Of a DNA stretch of 64,000 nucleotides, positions 9,473-19,269 are shown piece after piece. Origin of the DNA: Nitrosopumilus sp. (GTDB taxonomy: Archaea; Thermoproteota; Nitrososphaeria; Nitrososphaerales; Nitrosopumilaceae); NCBI GenBank assembly GCA_965218695.1, contig OZ244651.1:1792001-1856000 (forward strand). Direction: 5' to 3'. The first letter of the stretch is position 1, and each line of letters opens with the position of its first letter. The position numbers were made by a program, and so were the translations under genes. Below the pieces are notes generated by a model. That model was not told where the DNA came from and did no database searches. It saw only the letters and a list, made by a program, of their open reading frames with translations.

Positions 9473-9983
9473 TTCCCGAATCCCCGTCACACGGGGCAGA
9501 CATGGCATTTGCAAGGCTCCCGCAAGCGACTGTAAGGGAACGAGCGGGGCTCGATTCGCGCGTTCTCAGGATCCTGTCAGAATCTCACCTGTCATCTATC
9601 CCCCGCGCGCCCGGCCCCGTCACGCAGGCAGCTTGGAGTGCCAAGCATGGGAGAAACGACCCGCAGGCAAGCAAACCGTCAGGATCCCGGGGCATCCGCG
9701 AAGGCTTTGTACAATGGGTCGAACACCTGAGTACGGGTGCGGCCTCGTGGGGCAGAACTCGGCGGCATCTCACTGCTACCCTTCTTGCGGCATTCCCTGC
9801 ACCCGACGCATCAGAGGATCATTGGCGCCGACCAAGGCACGCCATGGATGGACGCGCTTCGGGACCGGGCTGCACGGGGAGCGAGTCACGGCGCACAGTT
9901 GCGTTTCCCCGCAGAGGGAAAACGGATTCGTGGAAAGCGGCAGACGTTCCCGTTTCCTGCCAGGCCGCGGCACGCACAACACG

Positions 9984-10190
9984 TCACGCCTCGGGATCGT
10001 AGGTTCCTGCCCTGACGGACTTTGATATCTTGCTGACCTTGGGACGGGAGATCGGCCGGTTCCAATAGGGCGACCGGCAACTTCGCACGCGGCAGCTGCC
10101 CGGCGGCTTGGTGCCTTTCAAGATCGTCCAAGTCCCACCGCACCGTTCGCAGGTGCACTTGATGGCCGTGACCGTGATCTCTTCCATCAT
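9984..10190 (-). CDS. Small zinc-finger protein of the archaeal mobile-element type
   Basis: CERCG.TW......PGSCRVRSCRSPYWN motif; transcribed divergently from the downstream operon; TATA-like sequence upstream. Confidence 0.7.
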   Translation of the reverse strand: MMEEITVTAIKCTCERCGGTWTILKGTKPPGSCRVRSCRSPYWNRPISRPKVSKISKSVRAGTYDPEA

Positions 10191-10372
10191 GACACTACGT
10201 GTGCCATGTGTGACATATAGCACTTTTTAGTCCAGTGTGCGTTTTCCATGCGCCATCATGACATGCATAAAAATGAAAGATGTGGTGGGTCAAAAGGGCA
10301 TCAGAATGTTGTGCTAGCAGGAATCATAACTGTTCGGGAATCTCACCTTCATCTTGAAAATATATGCTCCAC

Positions 10373-10398
10373 ATGGTACATGTTTATATATGTACCAT
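10373..10398 (+). promoter_or_regulatory. TATA box flanked by a 9-bp inverted repeat (putative operator)
   Basis: ATGGTACAT-GTTTATAT-ATGTACCAT; the TATA lies about 25-30 nt before ATG 10413. Confidence 0.6.
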
Positions 10399-10412
10399 AC
10401 GGTATATGTTAT

Positions 10413-10658
10413 ATGAAAACACAGGCCGCAGCGATCAACCGAAACGGAAGTGCAGGTGAATTTTTCTACAAAAACGCCTGTACTGCTCCTGTCAATACCA
10501 CTTTAAGAGTAGCAAAATGCCATGTGTCCCCGGTGGAACACATCCTAACAGAAGGCATGGCAGACGCCCACAAGCGATTCGTCGTCGAATTAGGACAAGA
10601 CGATAGGCAACCGGATGCCTGCCAGACGGGACGGCTCCGGGAGGCTGGCAAGCGATGA
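10413..10658 (+). CDS. Hypothetical protein, first gene of the coupled operon
   Basis: Follows the TATA box; its stop overlaps the next ATG (ATGA). Confidence 0.5.
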   Translation: MKTQAAAINRNGSAGEFFYKNACTAPVNTTLRVAKCHVSPVEHILTEGMADAHKRFVVELGQDDRQPDACQTGRLREAGKR

Positions 10659-10972
10659 CCCACTACGCCGTTCGGCTCTACACGGATCAATTAGTCAAGG
10701 TTCACAGCACGCGGATCGAGTGCGGCCGGAAAGACATCCCGGGCATGCTTGCCTGCGTCGTGATACACTACCTCAAGGACGCCCCCTATCCGGGGGCCAT
10801 GCAGGCCCGCGTCATAGTCGGCAGGCGCTACACCGAATACGTGATCCGGCTGAAAAACGACGCTCTGGACGTGTACCGCCACGTATTGCGGGCCAACAGG
10901 GCGGAGGTACAGGAGCACCCCGCCGGTTCCGCGGCGCCTCTAGATGGAGAGGAAGAGGGTGCAGCCCGGTGA
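10655..10972 (+). CDS. Hypothetical protein, tandem paralog A
   Basis: MTHYAVRLYT...DAPYPG...RLKN..VYRHV; clearly homologous to the next gene. Confidence 0.75.
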   Translation: MTHYAVRLYTDQLVKVHSTRIECGRKDIPGMLACVVIHYLKDAPYPGAMQARVIVGRRYTEYVIRLKNDALDVYRHVLRANRAEVQEHPAGSAAPLDGEEEGAAR

Positions 10973-11232
10973 CCCGCTACGCAGTTCGACTCTACACAAA
11001 CGGGGGAGATCGTATCCGGGGCACGCGGATTGAATGCAGCAGGAGGGACATCCCGGACTGTCTGGCAGATATCGCGATGGACTACCTGAGGGATGCCCCG
11101 TATCCGGGCATCATCCAAGCCCTGGTCAACGTCGGCCGGAACTATACGCAATACTTGATCCGGCTTAAAAATAACACCGTGACGGTATACCGCCACGTAT
11201 TCCAATGCGACATGGAAGGGGTGCAGGAATGA
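10969..11232 (+). CDS. Hypothetical protein, tandem paralog B
   Basis: GTG start overlaps the previous stop (GTGA); VTRYAVRLYT...DAPYPG...RLKN..VYRHV. Confidence 0.75.
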   Translation: MTRYAVRLYTNGGDRIRGTRIECSRRDIPDCLADIAMDYLRDAPYPGIIQALVNVGRNYTQYLIRLKNNTVTVYRHVFQCDMEGVQE

Positions 11233-11321
11233 TGCAGGCTGCGTGCATCCGCGTCAGGCAGAACGCCGACGAGCCGTTTCTGACGCGTGCCGACAGGATG
11301 AACACGGAGCCGGCGCCATGA
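11229..11321 (+). CDS. 30-aa micro-ORF coupled to both neighbours
   Basis: MMQAACIRVRQNADEPFLTRADRMNTEPAP*; ATGA overlaps at both ends; not in the ORF track. Confidence 0.45.
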   Translation: MMQAACIRVRQNADEPFLTRADRMNTEPAP

Positions 11322-12703
11322 TCCTCTGGTGCACCAAGTGCAGGGAATTCCGCAAGAAGAACACGCCTGACTGGTCCGAGTGCAGGTACTCGTCCCGGCA
11401 CACGCTGGTGCCGGGCCACGAGAGGATGGAAAAGGAGCTGCGGCAGGTAAGGGAGAGGATCACCGCTTCCGGCAAGCCTCGCGACGAAGATCTCAAGAGG
11501 CTCGGCGCGCTCGAGGCCGTCAAGAACGCCGAGTCCGACAGCGACGACGAGAGGGGGCACATAGCTGCTGTGGCAGACGGGATGATCGCCGGGCACGCGT
11601 GCGTGGAGCGTGACCCCGGCGGGGCGTTCTTTTGGATGAAAAGCGGCGGCTCGTGGTACCTGTTCCGGCACGATGACGGCATGGTGACGGATCTGATCCA
11701 GGCCGGGTACTTTCGGAAGTACGGCGTGGTGGCGCCCGACTATTACGTGACGACTGCGCTGGCCTCGCACAGGCTGCGCGCCAAGTTTGATGGGCTGCGC
11801 GTGGACCGCGTCTGGAAGCGCGCCGGCTTTGACGGCCGCACGCTGTGGGTGGATCTGGGCGGGCAGCCCCGGCGCCTGTACGGGATATCTGCCGAAAAAC
11901 ACGGACCTGTCATCCCGTATTCCCCGGACGTGCGCGTGGTGATCGAGCGGCACGGAGCCGCGATGCCCGAACCCGAGCGGGGAGGCGAGGGGTGGCTGGA
12001 GAAGTTTCGCGCCATGCTGCGCGTGCGGGAGGAGCAGGCGGAGCTGTTCTGCGCGCACCTCTGCCACATGTTCTGCGCACACCACCAAACCCCCGCGATG
12101 CTGTTCTCCGGCCCGCCAGGCTCCGGCAAGACGGCGGTCGCCCGCCTCGTGCGGGAGTTGGTGGATCCGGTCGGGTTTGAATACGCCGTCGCGGTGCTGC
12201 CAAAGTCGGCAGATAGCCTGCGCAGGATCCTGGCAGGATCGCCGGCGGCATCGTTTGACAACGTGCGGCAGTTAAGCAGGGAGTCAGCCGACGCGATGTC
12301 GGGAGCGCTGGAAGGGCTGGCGATGATTGCAGGCGTGCAAAAGCATCCTGCATCTTTTGGCAACGTCCGCCTCGTAATGGCCGCGCCGGAAGGCAGACCA
12401 GCACGGCTGCATTCCCTGGAAGGCAAGACCGTCCGGTACGAGCTGTCGCCGGTGGAAGAGTGGAAGACCATGGGCGAGATGGCAGCCGATTTTTACGCCA
12501 TGAGGCCGCACCTGTACCACGAGATGTTCGACGTCCTGCACCGCGCCTTCGGGGATTCCCCGGTTGCCCGGCCATCCACCCGGATGGCCGACTTTGAGGT
12601 GCTGGGACGCTCCATTGCAAAACATGCCGGGCACGATGCAGACGGGTTTGTCGGATCTCTTCGTTTTGCGTTGTTGGATGGGACGATGCCGGGCACATCC
12701 TGA
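11318..12703 (+). CDS. Zn-finger plus P-loop ATPase; putative SF3/AAA-like replicative helicase of the element
   Basis: N-terminal WCTKC..C..H; Walker A GPPGSGKT; FDNV Walker B-like motif; C-terminal RMADF motif seen in plasmid/phage primase-associated ATPases. Confidence 0.7.
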   Translation: MILWCTKCREFRKKNTPDWSECRYSSRHTLVPGHERMEKELRQVRERITASGKPRDEDLKRLGALEAVKNAESDSDDERGHIAAVADGMIAGHACVERDPGGAFFWMKSGGSWYLFRHDDGMVTDLIQAGYFRKYGVVAPDYYVTTALASHRLRAKFDGLRVDRVWKRAGFDGRTLWVDLGGQPRRLYGISAEKHGPVIPYSPDVRVVIERHGAAMPEPERGGEGWLEKFRAMLRVREEQAELFCAHLCHMFCAHHQTPAMLFSGPPGSGKTAVARLVRELVDPVGFEYAVAVLPKSADSLRRILAGSPAASFDNVRQLSRESADAMSGALEGLAMIAGVQKHPASFGNVRLVMAAPEGRPARLHSLEGKTVRYELSPVEEWKTMGEMAADFYAMRPHLYHEMFDVLHRAFGDSPVARPSTRMADFEVLGRSIAKHAGHDADGFVGSLRFALLDGTMPGTS

Positions 12704-13466
12704 CCGACGGCAATCAATCCGGTTCAAGCCTAGTGTTTTTGCACGCCTTTTCGAGTTCTTCCCGTTTTATGTCGTTCATGTACCCAAGTAATGAGATCTG
12801 ATCCACAGTCTTTTCGATTAACTATTCAGGAACTTACGTGTCGCTATACTAGACTGTGCCGATGACATTCTCGGACAAAGACATCAGATGCGATCAGGCA
12901 AAGCGACTACAAGTGAGCAAAAGGAGACACGCCGTTCCAATAGACCGTGGTTTCAAAAAGTCCTTCAATGTAATGATAGGGCACGCCAAGGCGAAGTACC
13001 GGGGTAAGGAGGCATGGATGAGGCACGGTCATGAAAACCGTTCTTTTCATCATGTGTGCTGCCGGCTACAGCTGAAATGACTGCATTTTCCATCAACCAT
13101 GGGTCAACCTCCATTCAATGATCAGACATTTAACTCTGGAAACGCATCTGAGAGTAGTGATTAAAGCAACAGGTGGGACGATTTTGGCGGTCATGTTATT
13201 GATTGCCTTGTTTGGTTCACTTCCAGGTGGCGATGTGGTAGACTCTAAATCTGCTGCAACCAACGCGCAACAGAACATTGCAACTGATACAGTTGTCAAA
13301 ACAGGAGGTAAAGTAATCAATACATTAGAAGATATGCGTAATCCACCCATTTTGCCAACCCGGCCATAAAAAACCGGAAAAATACGGCCTAAAACTGCTC
13401 GTGTCGTGTATGTGGCAAGTCCGTTCACCCCAAAATCCAAAATGACGTGCGCAGCCTTGCAGCACT

Positions 13467-14810
13467 TCATCGTGCCCTGAATTCTACTTGACCGGAGCTT
13501 CGGAGCAGGCCCTGTCCCAGTCTACTGACGTCTTCCACTGCCCTGGCGGTGGCGGACCCTTTTCCATGCAGTCCCACAATGTTCAGGTTTACCAGCCCGG
13601 TGATCACGTTAAACTCCCTGTTGAACTGGGCCGCGTTGCCGTCGTACGGGTCGGCAAGACGCGCGTAGCGCTTGAGCCTGCCTATCGTGTGCTCCACCAA
13701 TACCCGGGTGGAGTTGATCCTGTGGTTGTGCTTTTTTTGCTCCGGCGTCAGCGGCGTGTCCCTGGTCTTCTTGTGCGGGATCTCCGGCGTGGTGCCGGGC
13801 AGGTGGTCTGCGATTCCCTGGTAGCCGCGGTCGACGAAGGGGTGGCACCTGTCTGATTCTGGCAGGTCCGGATCGTGCATCGCCTCCTCCCACTTTCCAA
13901 ACGGCATGGGGCGTTCCTTGAGCAGCGTGATGTCGCCGACTGACCCGACGGTGCTTTTTGATATGCCGATCACCACCCCGTCCCGGTTGGTGTACACGTT
14001 GGTATTGTTGGTGAACTTTTTCTTCTTACCGGAGTATCCCATGCGCCGGACTGACTTTACAGACGGGCGCTGCACGGGGCAGTGCGTGCCGTCTATGAAT
14101 ATCTCGCCCCCGTCGGGTCCGGGCACGATCTTCTTGAAATCCTCCCTGGTCGGGGCAGCAGCTACCTCCTCGGATATGTTGTCTGCCGTCGGAAGTATTC
14201 CTGCCAGCATCGCATCCATCACCGGAATGTACCGGGACACGGTGGTCTGGTCTATCCCGAAGAATGCGGCAAGCACGCCTTGGGCGGGGTTGTCCTTTTT
14301 GCGGATAAGTGCTAGGAGCAGTGCGTGTCTCAGGTACAGTTTGCACCGGTTTCCGGGATCGGATGTCCGGGATGCGTCATCGCGGAACAGCGGCATCTGG
14401 CCCGAATGCGTCAGAAACGCCTTGGCCCGCTCCAGCATGTACCGGAACTGTTCCCCGTCTGCCAGCGTGACATGGCGGAGCTTGTCCCCGTCGCGTATTA
14501 TGCCGTCTAGCACCTCTAGCAGGTGCAACGCGGGCCCCTTGCCGGGGTTCCAGCCATCGTTCCTGCCCTTCCACAGGCCGCGTTCAAGGCCCAACTCCCT
14601 GTCTTTCTGTTCCAGCTTTTTGTCTTTCTGCTTTAGAATATTTTTTAGGCTTCTGTCTTTCTGTTCCAGCTTTTTGTCTTTCTGCTTTAGAATATTTTTT
14701 AGGCTTCTGTCTTTCTGTTCCAGCTTTTTGTCTTTCTGCTTTAGAATATTTTTTAGGCTTCTGTTTTCTTGTTCCAATCTGTGCATGATCTGATCAGGCG
14801 AGTCTGGCAT
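13467..14810 (-). CDS. IS5/ISL2-type transposase with probable C-terminal frameshift
   Basis: IDGTH, YSGKKK, DRGYQG and VEHTIGRLK motifs; diverges from its paralogs after GLVNL. Confidence 0.9.
   Translation of the reverse strand: MPDSPDQIMHRLEQENRSLKNILKQKDKKLEQKDRSLKNILKQKDKKLEQKDRSLKNILKQKDKKLEQKDRELGLERGLWKGRNDGWNPGKGPALHLLEVLDGIIRDGDKLRHVTLADGEQFRYMLERAKAFLTHSGQMPLFRDDASRTSDPGNRCKLYLRHALLLALIRKKDNPAQGVLAAFFGIDQTTVSRYIPVMDAMLAGILPTADNISEEVAAAPTREDFKKIVPGPDGGEIFIDGTHCPVQRPSVKSVRRMGYSGKKKKFTNNTNVYTNRDGVVIGISKSTVGSVGDITLLKERPMPFGKWEEAMHDPDLPESDRCHPFVDRGYQGIADHLPGTTPEIPHKKTRDTPLTPEQKKHNHRINSTRVLVEHTIGRLKRYARLADPYDGNAAQFNREFNVITGLVNLNIVGLHGKGSATARAVEDVSRLGQGLLRSSGQVEFRAR
14599..14763. repeat. 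54-bp tandem repeat (about 3 copies) in the transposase 5' region
   Basis: Encodes (RSLKNILKQKDKKLEQKD)x3. Confidence 0.9.
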
Positions 14811-15165
14811 TTGATGTGAGACGCGATCGTGCCTGATCTAAATTTATCGATGTGAACAGGGGGATTACGCATATCTTCTATTGGGTGACCAAGCTATTAA
14901 TTCATCATGCAAGGATGCAGCATCACAAGCATGCTCAACTGCAACTACAACAGTAAATATGGCCGGAATTGCAATTACCGTACTTGTAGCTGCGTTGACA
15001 GTTTCTGGAATTTTGGGATTTGTGAAATTTGTTATGAATGTAGTTGAGAGTTTTTAGGGTACACCAGCAGGTTGCCGCAGAATGTATTCTAGGATTTGTG
15101 GCGGGTATTGGCCTGTTTGCATCCGCCGTATTCCAAAAGACGTTTGGGCGGCACGACGCTGCCGC

Positions 15166-15967
15166 CTAGCAAAAGTTCTGCGTCGCGTAGACCACCTCAT
15201 CGGCGCTTATCTCCACGCCAACGCCAATCCTGTCATACGTACTGCCCAAGATATTTTCCCTGTGTCCCGGGCTGCCCATCCATCCCGAAAATATTTCACT
15301 GGCCACATCTAATTCGCTCTCATGCCAATCATACGAGCTCGTCACGCCTGCCGTCACGTACGACGAATAGGTATGACCCTGCGAGATATTTTCCGCAAGC
15401 CCCTCAGTGTAATGTGTTCCGTAATCCTTCACGCACGAGTAGCCGGCCCGCTCTCCCCTGGCAGTGGGATCCAGGCCTTCCGGCGTGTCGTGCGCAAAAT
15501 AACTGCGCTCTGACATGTCCACGCTGTGGTTTCTGGCAACCGAGTCTATGACCGAAACCCTCGCAAGCTGGGGAATGCCCATGCGCTGCCGTTCGTCATT
15601 TGTGAACTGGTAGATGTAGTCTTCTATCACTCCACTGTCAAACCCGGATGCGGTTCTGACCGGGAGCGTTTCAGTGACTGACGTCACCCGGTTTGACAGA
15701 TCGTCGCTTATGTTTTCGATGTCAGGCATGTTGACTGTTATCTGGTTCTCGTTCAGTGTGATGTGTTTTGACACCTCATCCTGGACAAGTTCAGCCGCCC
15801 TGTCCGTCCCAATCCAGTATAGCGCGCCTGCAACCAGCACGACGGCAACCACTGCGACTATTATGCCCGTAAGGCGCTTGGTTCCACGCGTCCTGCCTCT
15901 TGATCTTTTTCCACATTTTGAGCAGTAGAACGAGCCCCTAGCGTATTGAAAATTATGAGCACCCCAT
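15166..15967 (-). CDS. CAP/SCP-domain secreted or membrane protein with a probable frameshift just after the start
   Basis: ARNHSVDM..YFAH, LAENI and WMGSPGHRENIL motifs. The in-frame upstream sequence has HNFQY..FYCSKCGKR and a TM helix, but ATG 15967 (ATG GGG TGC) is out of frame. Confidence 0.85.
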
Positions 15968-16419
15968 GTGTCAGATTAACTGGCTCAAATAAAAACAGTG
16001 CATGCTTGGACGGCGTCATGGAACCAGTCGCGGCAACGCATGTTTGCGTCAAAATTTCAACGCCGTCATGCACAGGGAAGGCCATCCACCAAGTCCGGAA
16101 ATGAGCTGGAACGGTCACTCAGACGGCCTGCGTGATAAGAACAGGGTGCTACGGCGGCCAGGGCCGGGCGCACTCGCACTTGTGCCGAAGTTTGTTTGCG
16201 TACGCCGTAAAACTTAAGGAATGATTGCCAGAGTACGGCCAGACGCGGTACAAATGACATTCCAGCCTGCAGGAAGCGCAGAAGGACGCGCCCGTGCCAC
16301 CATGTGCTAAGCGTAAGCGCCATCTGGAAAAAGCGTGACGGCGTGGATTGACGCATGTCTGCCGCGATATGTTCAATAGGTTCTAATTTCCCACAGGGGT
16401 GATTTCGAATGTGGGGGAA

Positions 16420-17463
16420 ATGAAGAATGCCTTGCCATCGTTTGTACTTTCCGCATTCCTACTATCGTCTGCATTCTTGCTGGTCCCGTCCGCCGCTTAC
16501 GCCCAAACGGAACAGATTCCGCCTTGGGTAAAGACCGTCTTTGGGTTGTACGTCCAAGGCGAGATATCCGAATCAGATCTACTGGCAGCCATAGAATACC
16601 TGATCCAGATTGGCCTGATAGCAGTCTCCACGCCAGACGCTTCAAACGCGGTCCCGGATGAAAAAATTCCTGACGACGGGGATTTTTACATCACGTACGG
16701 CCCCAACCCCAATTCTAGGTACGAGGGAGCCGACACTGCCGAGGCATGGCTGCAAGACCTGGAAATTATCGAATACGAGGTCGAATTCCTCAACGAACAT
16801 TTCCGCCTGCCGTACGACGTGGAGGTGGCCGCCGAAGAATGCGGGGAGATAAACGCGTTTTACTATCCAGACGATGCGAAAATAGTCATATGCTACGAAT
16901 TTGTAGACGATCTGTTCGAGACGTGGTATCTGTTCAACGAGGACGGTCAACCAGACGATGCCATTTCCTACGCGTACGACGTGCTCGTGTACACGTTTTA
17001 CCACGAGCTGGCACACGCCATGATAGACGTTTACGATCTGCCGATTACCGGACTGGAGGAGAATGTGGCGGATCAGTTTGCCTCACTCATATTGTCATAT
17101 ACATATGATGACGAGGTGGGTTATTCGCTTGGCCAAGACATGCTGTACAATGTGGGGACGTACTACCTTTACGAGGATGAATATTGGAACGTGCTGTGCC
17201 CCGAGATGGCAGAAACGCCGGAAGAAGCCGAATGGTGCGCCCATTCATACTGGGGCGTACATGGGTCGGACATCCAAAGGTTTTACAACATTTCATGCTA
17301 TACCTACGGGTCAGATCCAGCATACAACGAGGATTTGATTGAGGACGGGTGGCTGCCGGAGGAACGTGCAGCAAACTGTGAATTTGAGTACTGGCAAATC
17401 GATTCCAGCTGGAGCCGTTTGCTGGAAGGATTCACCGACGGGTTCTTCGACGAAACAACCTGA
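16420..17463 (+). CDS. Secreted DUF4344-type metallopeptidase with thaumarchaeal IPxWVK motif
   Basis: Signal peptide; IPPWVK..GEISESDLLAAIEYLIQIGLI; CGEINAFY, HELAH, EENVADQFA and QRFYNISC motifs. Confidence 0.85.
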   Translation: MKNALPSFVLSAFLLSSAFLLVPSAAYAQTEQIPPWVKTVFGLYVQGEISESDLLAAIEYLIQIGLIAVSTPDASNAVPDEKIPDDGDFYITYGPNPNSRYEGADTAEAWLQDLEIIEYEVEFLNEHFRLPYDVEVAAEECGEINAFYYPDDAKIVICYEFVDDLFETWYLFNEDGQPDDAISYAYDVLVYTFYHELAHAMIDVYDLPITGLEENVADQFASLILSYTYDDEVGYSLGQDMLYNVGTYYLYEDEYWNVLCPEMAETPEEAEWCAHSYWGVHGSDIQRFYNISCYTYGSDPAYNEDLIEDGWLPEERAANCEFEYWQIDSSWSRLLEGFTDGFFDETT

Positions 17464-17549
17464 CGTGGTGGATTTATGCCAACGTTTTGTTCCGGCATTC
17501 ACGCCGACTGCGGGCGCGGGCATCAGAGTGCGTGTTGCCCGAGGGGACG

Positions 17550-19157
17550 CTAGTCGTTCCCGTGTCTCGGATCGTGGCCCTCGGACAGGTCGCCGTCGTA
17601 CTCCTTGTTCCTGGCCTCGTACTCTGCCAGCGGGTCGCCCTTTACGTCCGGGCGCTTGGACAGCCTGCGCACCATGTCCTCCAAGACGCTTATCTTCTTG
17701 TTCTGCCTGGCAGTCACCTCCTCGATGTTGGCCCGGTGGATTTCCTCCATCTGGAGCAGGAGCGCCTTCAGGGCGTCCGTCTCGCTTGCCACCGCCCCGT
17801 CCTTCTTCGTGGCCTTGGGCCTCTTGAGGACGTTTCCCATTCCGAACATCTTGAGGCGCAGATTCTCCAAGTCCTCCACCTTCTTTTCCAGCCGCGCCAT
17901 CTTGGCGTCTTTTTCCGGCTGGGCCTCGGCGGCGCTGGCTGCCACATCCAGCAGTTCCTTGGCCCGGGCCATCTGCTTTCGCAGTTCGGCCTCGTGGACC
18001 TCCTTCTCCGACTCGAGGTTCCGTATGTTCTCGGACATGCGTCGGGTGGACTGCTTGAGCCTGGTCGCGTCGCTTACCGTCAGGTCCGGCACGACTGCCA
18101 GGTACTCCTGCGCAAGCTCCAGCACGGAGGTCTTGAAATAGTTCTGGTCAAGCGAGATCATCCCCTTGTGTCCCATCATGAACTCCTTTTTTATCAGCGA
18201 GGCAAGCGGCGAATCGGACGAGAGCGCCTCCTTGCACGTCTTGTTGTAGAACCGCCTGAACCCGTTGGTGAGTGGGACGTTGTGCCTCCTGGACTTGCCC
18301 GTATTGGGAGGACGCAGCTTGGCGTGCGTCACTATCCTGTCCAGCCGCTTTTTGACTGACTGCATCGAGGCCCTCTTGGGGATGCCCCTAATGGCAAGGA
18401 ATATCGGATCCTTCGGGCCTGGCTGTCGTCCCATGTGGTCTGCCCACGTGAGTCCGTACACCTTGAGGGATTCGTACGCCTCCGGGGTTATGAAGGCCAT
18501 GTAGTTTGCCGCCGAGCCCCGGTACACCTGCAGCATGGCGCACGCGACTTCGCAGGCCTCTGCCCCGGGATCCAACACGAGATTGCCGTTGACGCGGTAT
18601 ATCGGCACCAAGTCTTCCCAGTTCAGGTCTATCCCGCCTATGCGCGCGCCCGAGCTTGACAGCACCAGCACCAGCGCCTGTTCCATGGGATCGCGCGCGT
18701 GTTTGAGCATCATGCTTATTTCTTCCCTTGACCACCCACGCGATTCCTGGATGTTGTCAAGTTCCGGGTACGTCGCGTAGAGCCGCTTCCACGGCATCAC
18801 GATATCGTTCATGTCGAATAGTTTCTTGATCGGCTTGAAGTAGTTGCCAAACGTGGTCGGGTTGAGGTAGTCCGGATCGTCCTTGGGCAGGGTGGTCCTC
18901 TCCCGCAGCTTCCTAGACAGGTTAAGCAGCAGGTCGCGCGTCCACTCCTGGTCCTCCCTGCCGTGTTTTACCAGCTGCGCCACGCGCTCCTCGAAGTCGC
19001 CTTCGAGTATCTCCTCAAAGTACTGGCACAGTATCTGGCGCAGCGTCCGGGTGTACTTTTCCTGGGTGTACTTTGCCTTTATGCCCTGCATGAACAGCTC
19101 CAGCGGCGCCGCGTCCCCGCTCCTGACGATCTCGTCTTTTGTCAATCTCACACACAT
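17550..19157 (-). CDS. Tyrosine recombinase/integrase with a long C-terminal coiled coil
   Basis: SSGARIG (R), NGFRRF (HxxR variant), MMGH and NYF (Tyr); starts 39 bp from the tRNA-Lys 3' end. Confidence 0.88.
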   Translation of the reverse strand: MCVRLTKDEIVRSGDAAPLELFMQGIKAKYTQEKYTRTLRQILCQYFEEILEGDFEERVAQLVKHGREDQEWTRDLLLNLSRKLRERTTLPKDDPDYLNPTTFGNYFKPIKKLFDMNDIVMPWKRLYATYPELDNIQESRGWSREEISMMLKHARDPMEQALVLVLSSSGARIGGIDLNWEDLVPIYRVNGNLVLDPGAEACEVACAMLQVYRGSAANYMAFITPEAYESLKVYGLTWADHMGRQPGPKDPIFLAIRGIPKRASMQSVKKRLDRIVTHAKLRPPNTGKSRRHNVPLTNGFRRFYNKTCKEALSSDSPLASLIKKEFMMGHKGMISLDQNYFKTSVLELAQEYLAVVPDLTVSDATRLKQSTRRMSENIRNLESEKEVHEAELRKQMARAKELLDVAASAAEAQPEKDAKMARLEKKVEDLENLRLKMFGMGNVLKRPKATKKDGAVASETDALKALLLQMEEIHRANIEEVTARQNKKISVLEDMVRRLSKRPDVKGDPLAEYEARNKEYDGDLSEGHDPRHGND

Positions 19158-19195
19158 GAATACGTGTGGAACCTATAAAAGTTCTTTAAAGGTAG

Positions 19196-19269
19196 CGGGT
19201 CTAGAGGGATTCGAACCCTCGACACCAGGATTAAGAGTCCTGCGCGCTACCTGGCTGCGCCATAGACCC
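19196..19269 (-). tRNA. tRNA-Lys(CTT)
   Basis: GGGTCTA acceptor stem; anticodon arm CAGGA-CTCTTAA-TCCTG; T arm GAGGG-TTCGAAT-CCCTC. Confidence 0.95.

Larger units (their letters stand above)
13327..14879 (-). mobile_element. IS5-family (ISL2/PIF-Harbinger-like, DDE_Tnp_4) element
   Basis: Perfect 18-bp TIR AGAAGATATGCGTAATCC; 3-bp TSD ATT (13324-13326 and 14880-14882). Confidence 0.92.
13118..15057 (+). pseudogene. Small protein with two hydrophobic segments (about 127 aa), interrupted by an IS5-family element
   Basis: Removing the IS at 13327-14879 and one ATT copy restores ...GGKVINT-LGDQAINSSCKDAASQACSTATTTVNMAGIAITVLVAALTVSGILGFVKFVMNVVESF* (stop 15055-15057). Confidence 0.75.
1..19195. 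mobile_element. Integrated element or genomic island at tRNA-Lys; left boundary not seen
   Basis: Integrase abuts the tRNA 3' end; helicase operon, Zn fingers and defence cargo. No second att copy found by eye. Confidence 0.7.

Noticed and set aside
9480-9980. Overlapping ORFs or ncRNA in a GC-rich gap
   Set aside because: The translations are Arg/Pro/Ala-rich with no motif, and I found no convincing structure by eye.
14599-14763. Tandem repeat as a CRISPR array
   Set aside because: Contiguous in-frame coding repeats with no spacers.
17487-18359. Long antisense ORFs (also 26032-26976, 47792-48901 and 445-1395)
   Set aside because: Shadows of real genes on the opposite strand.
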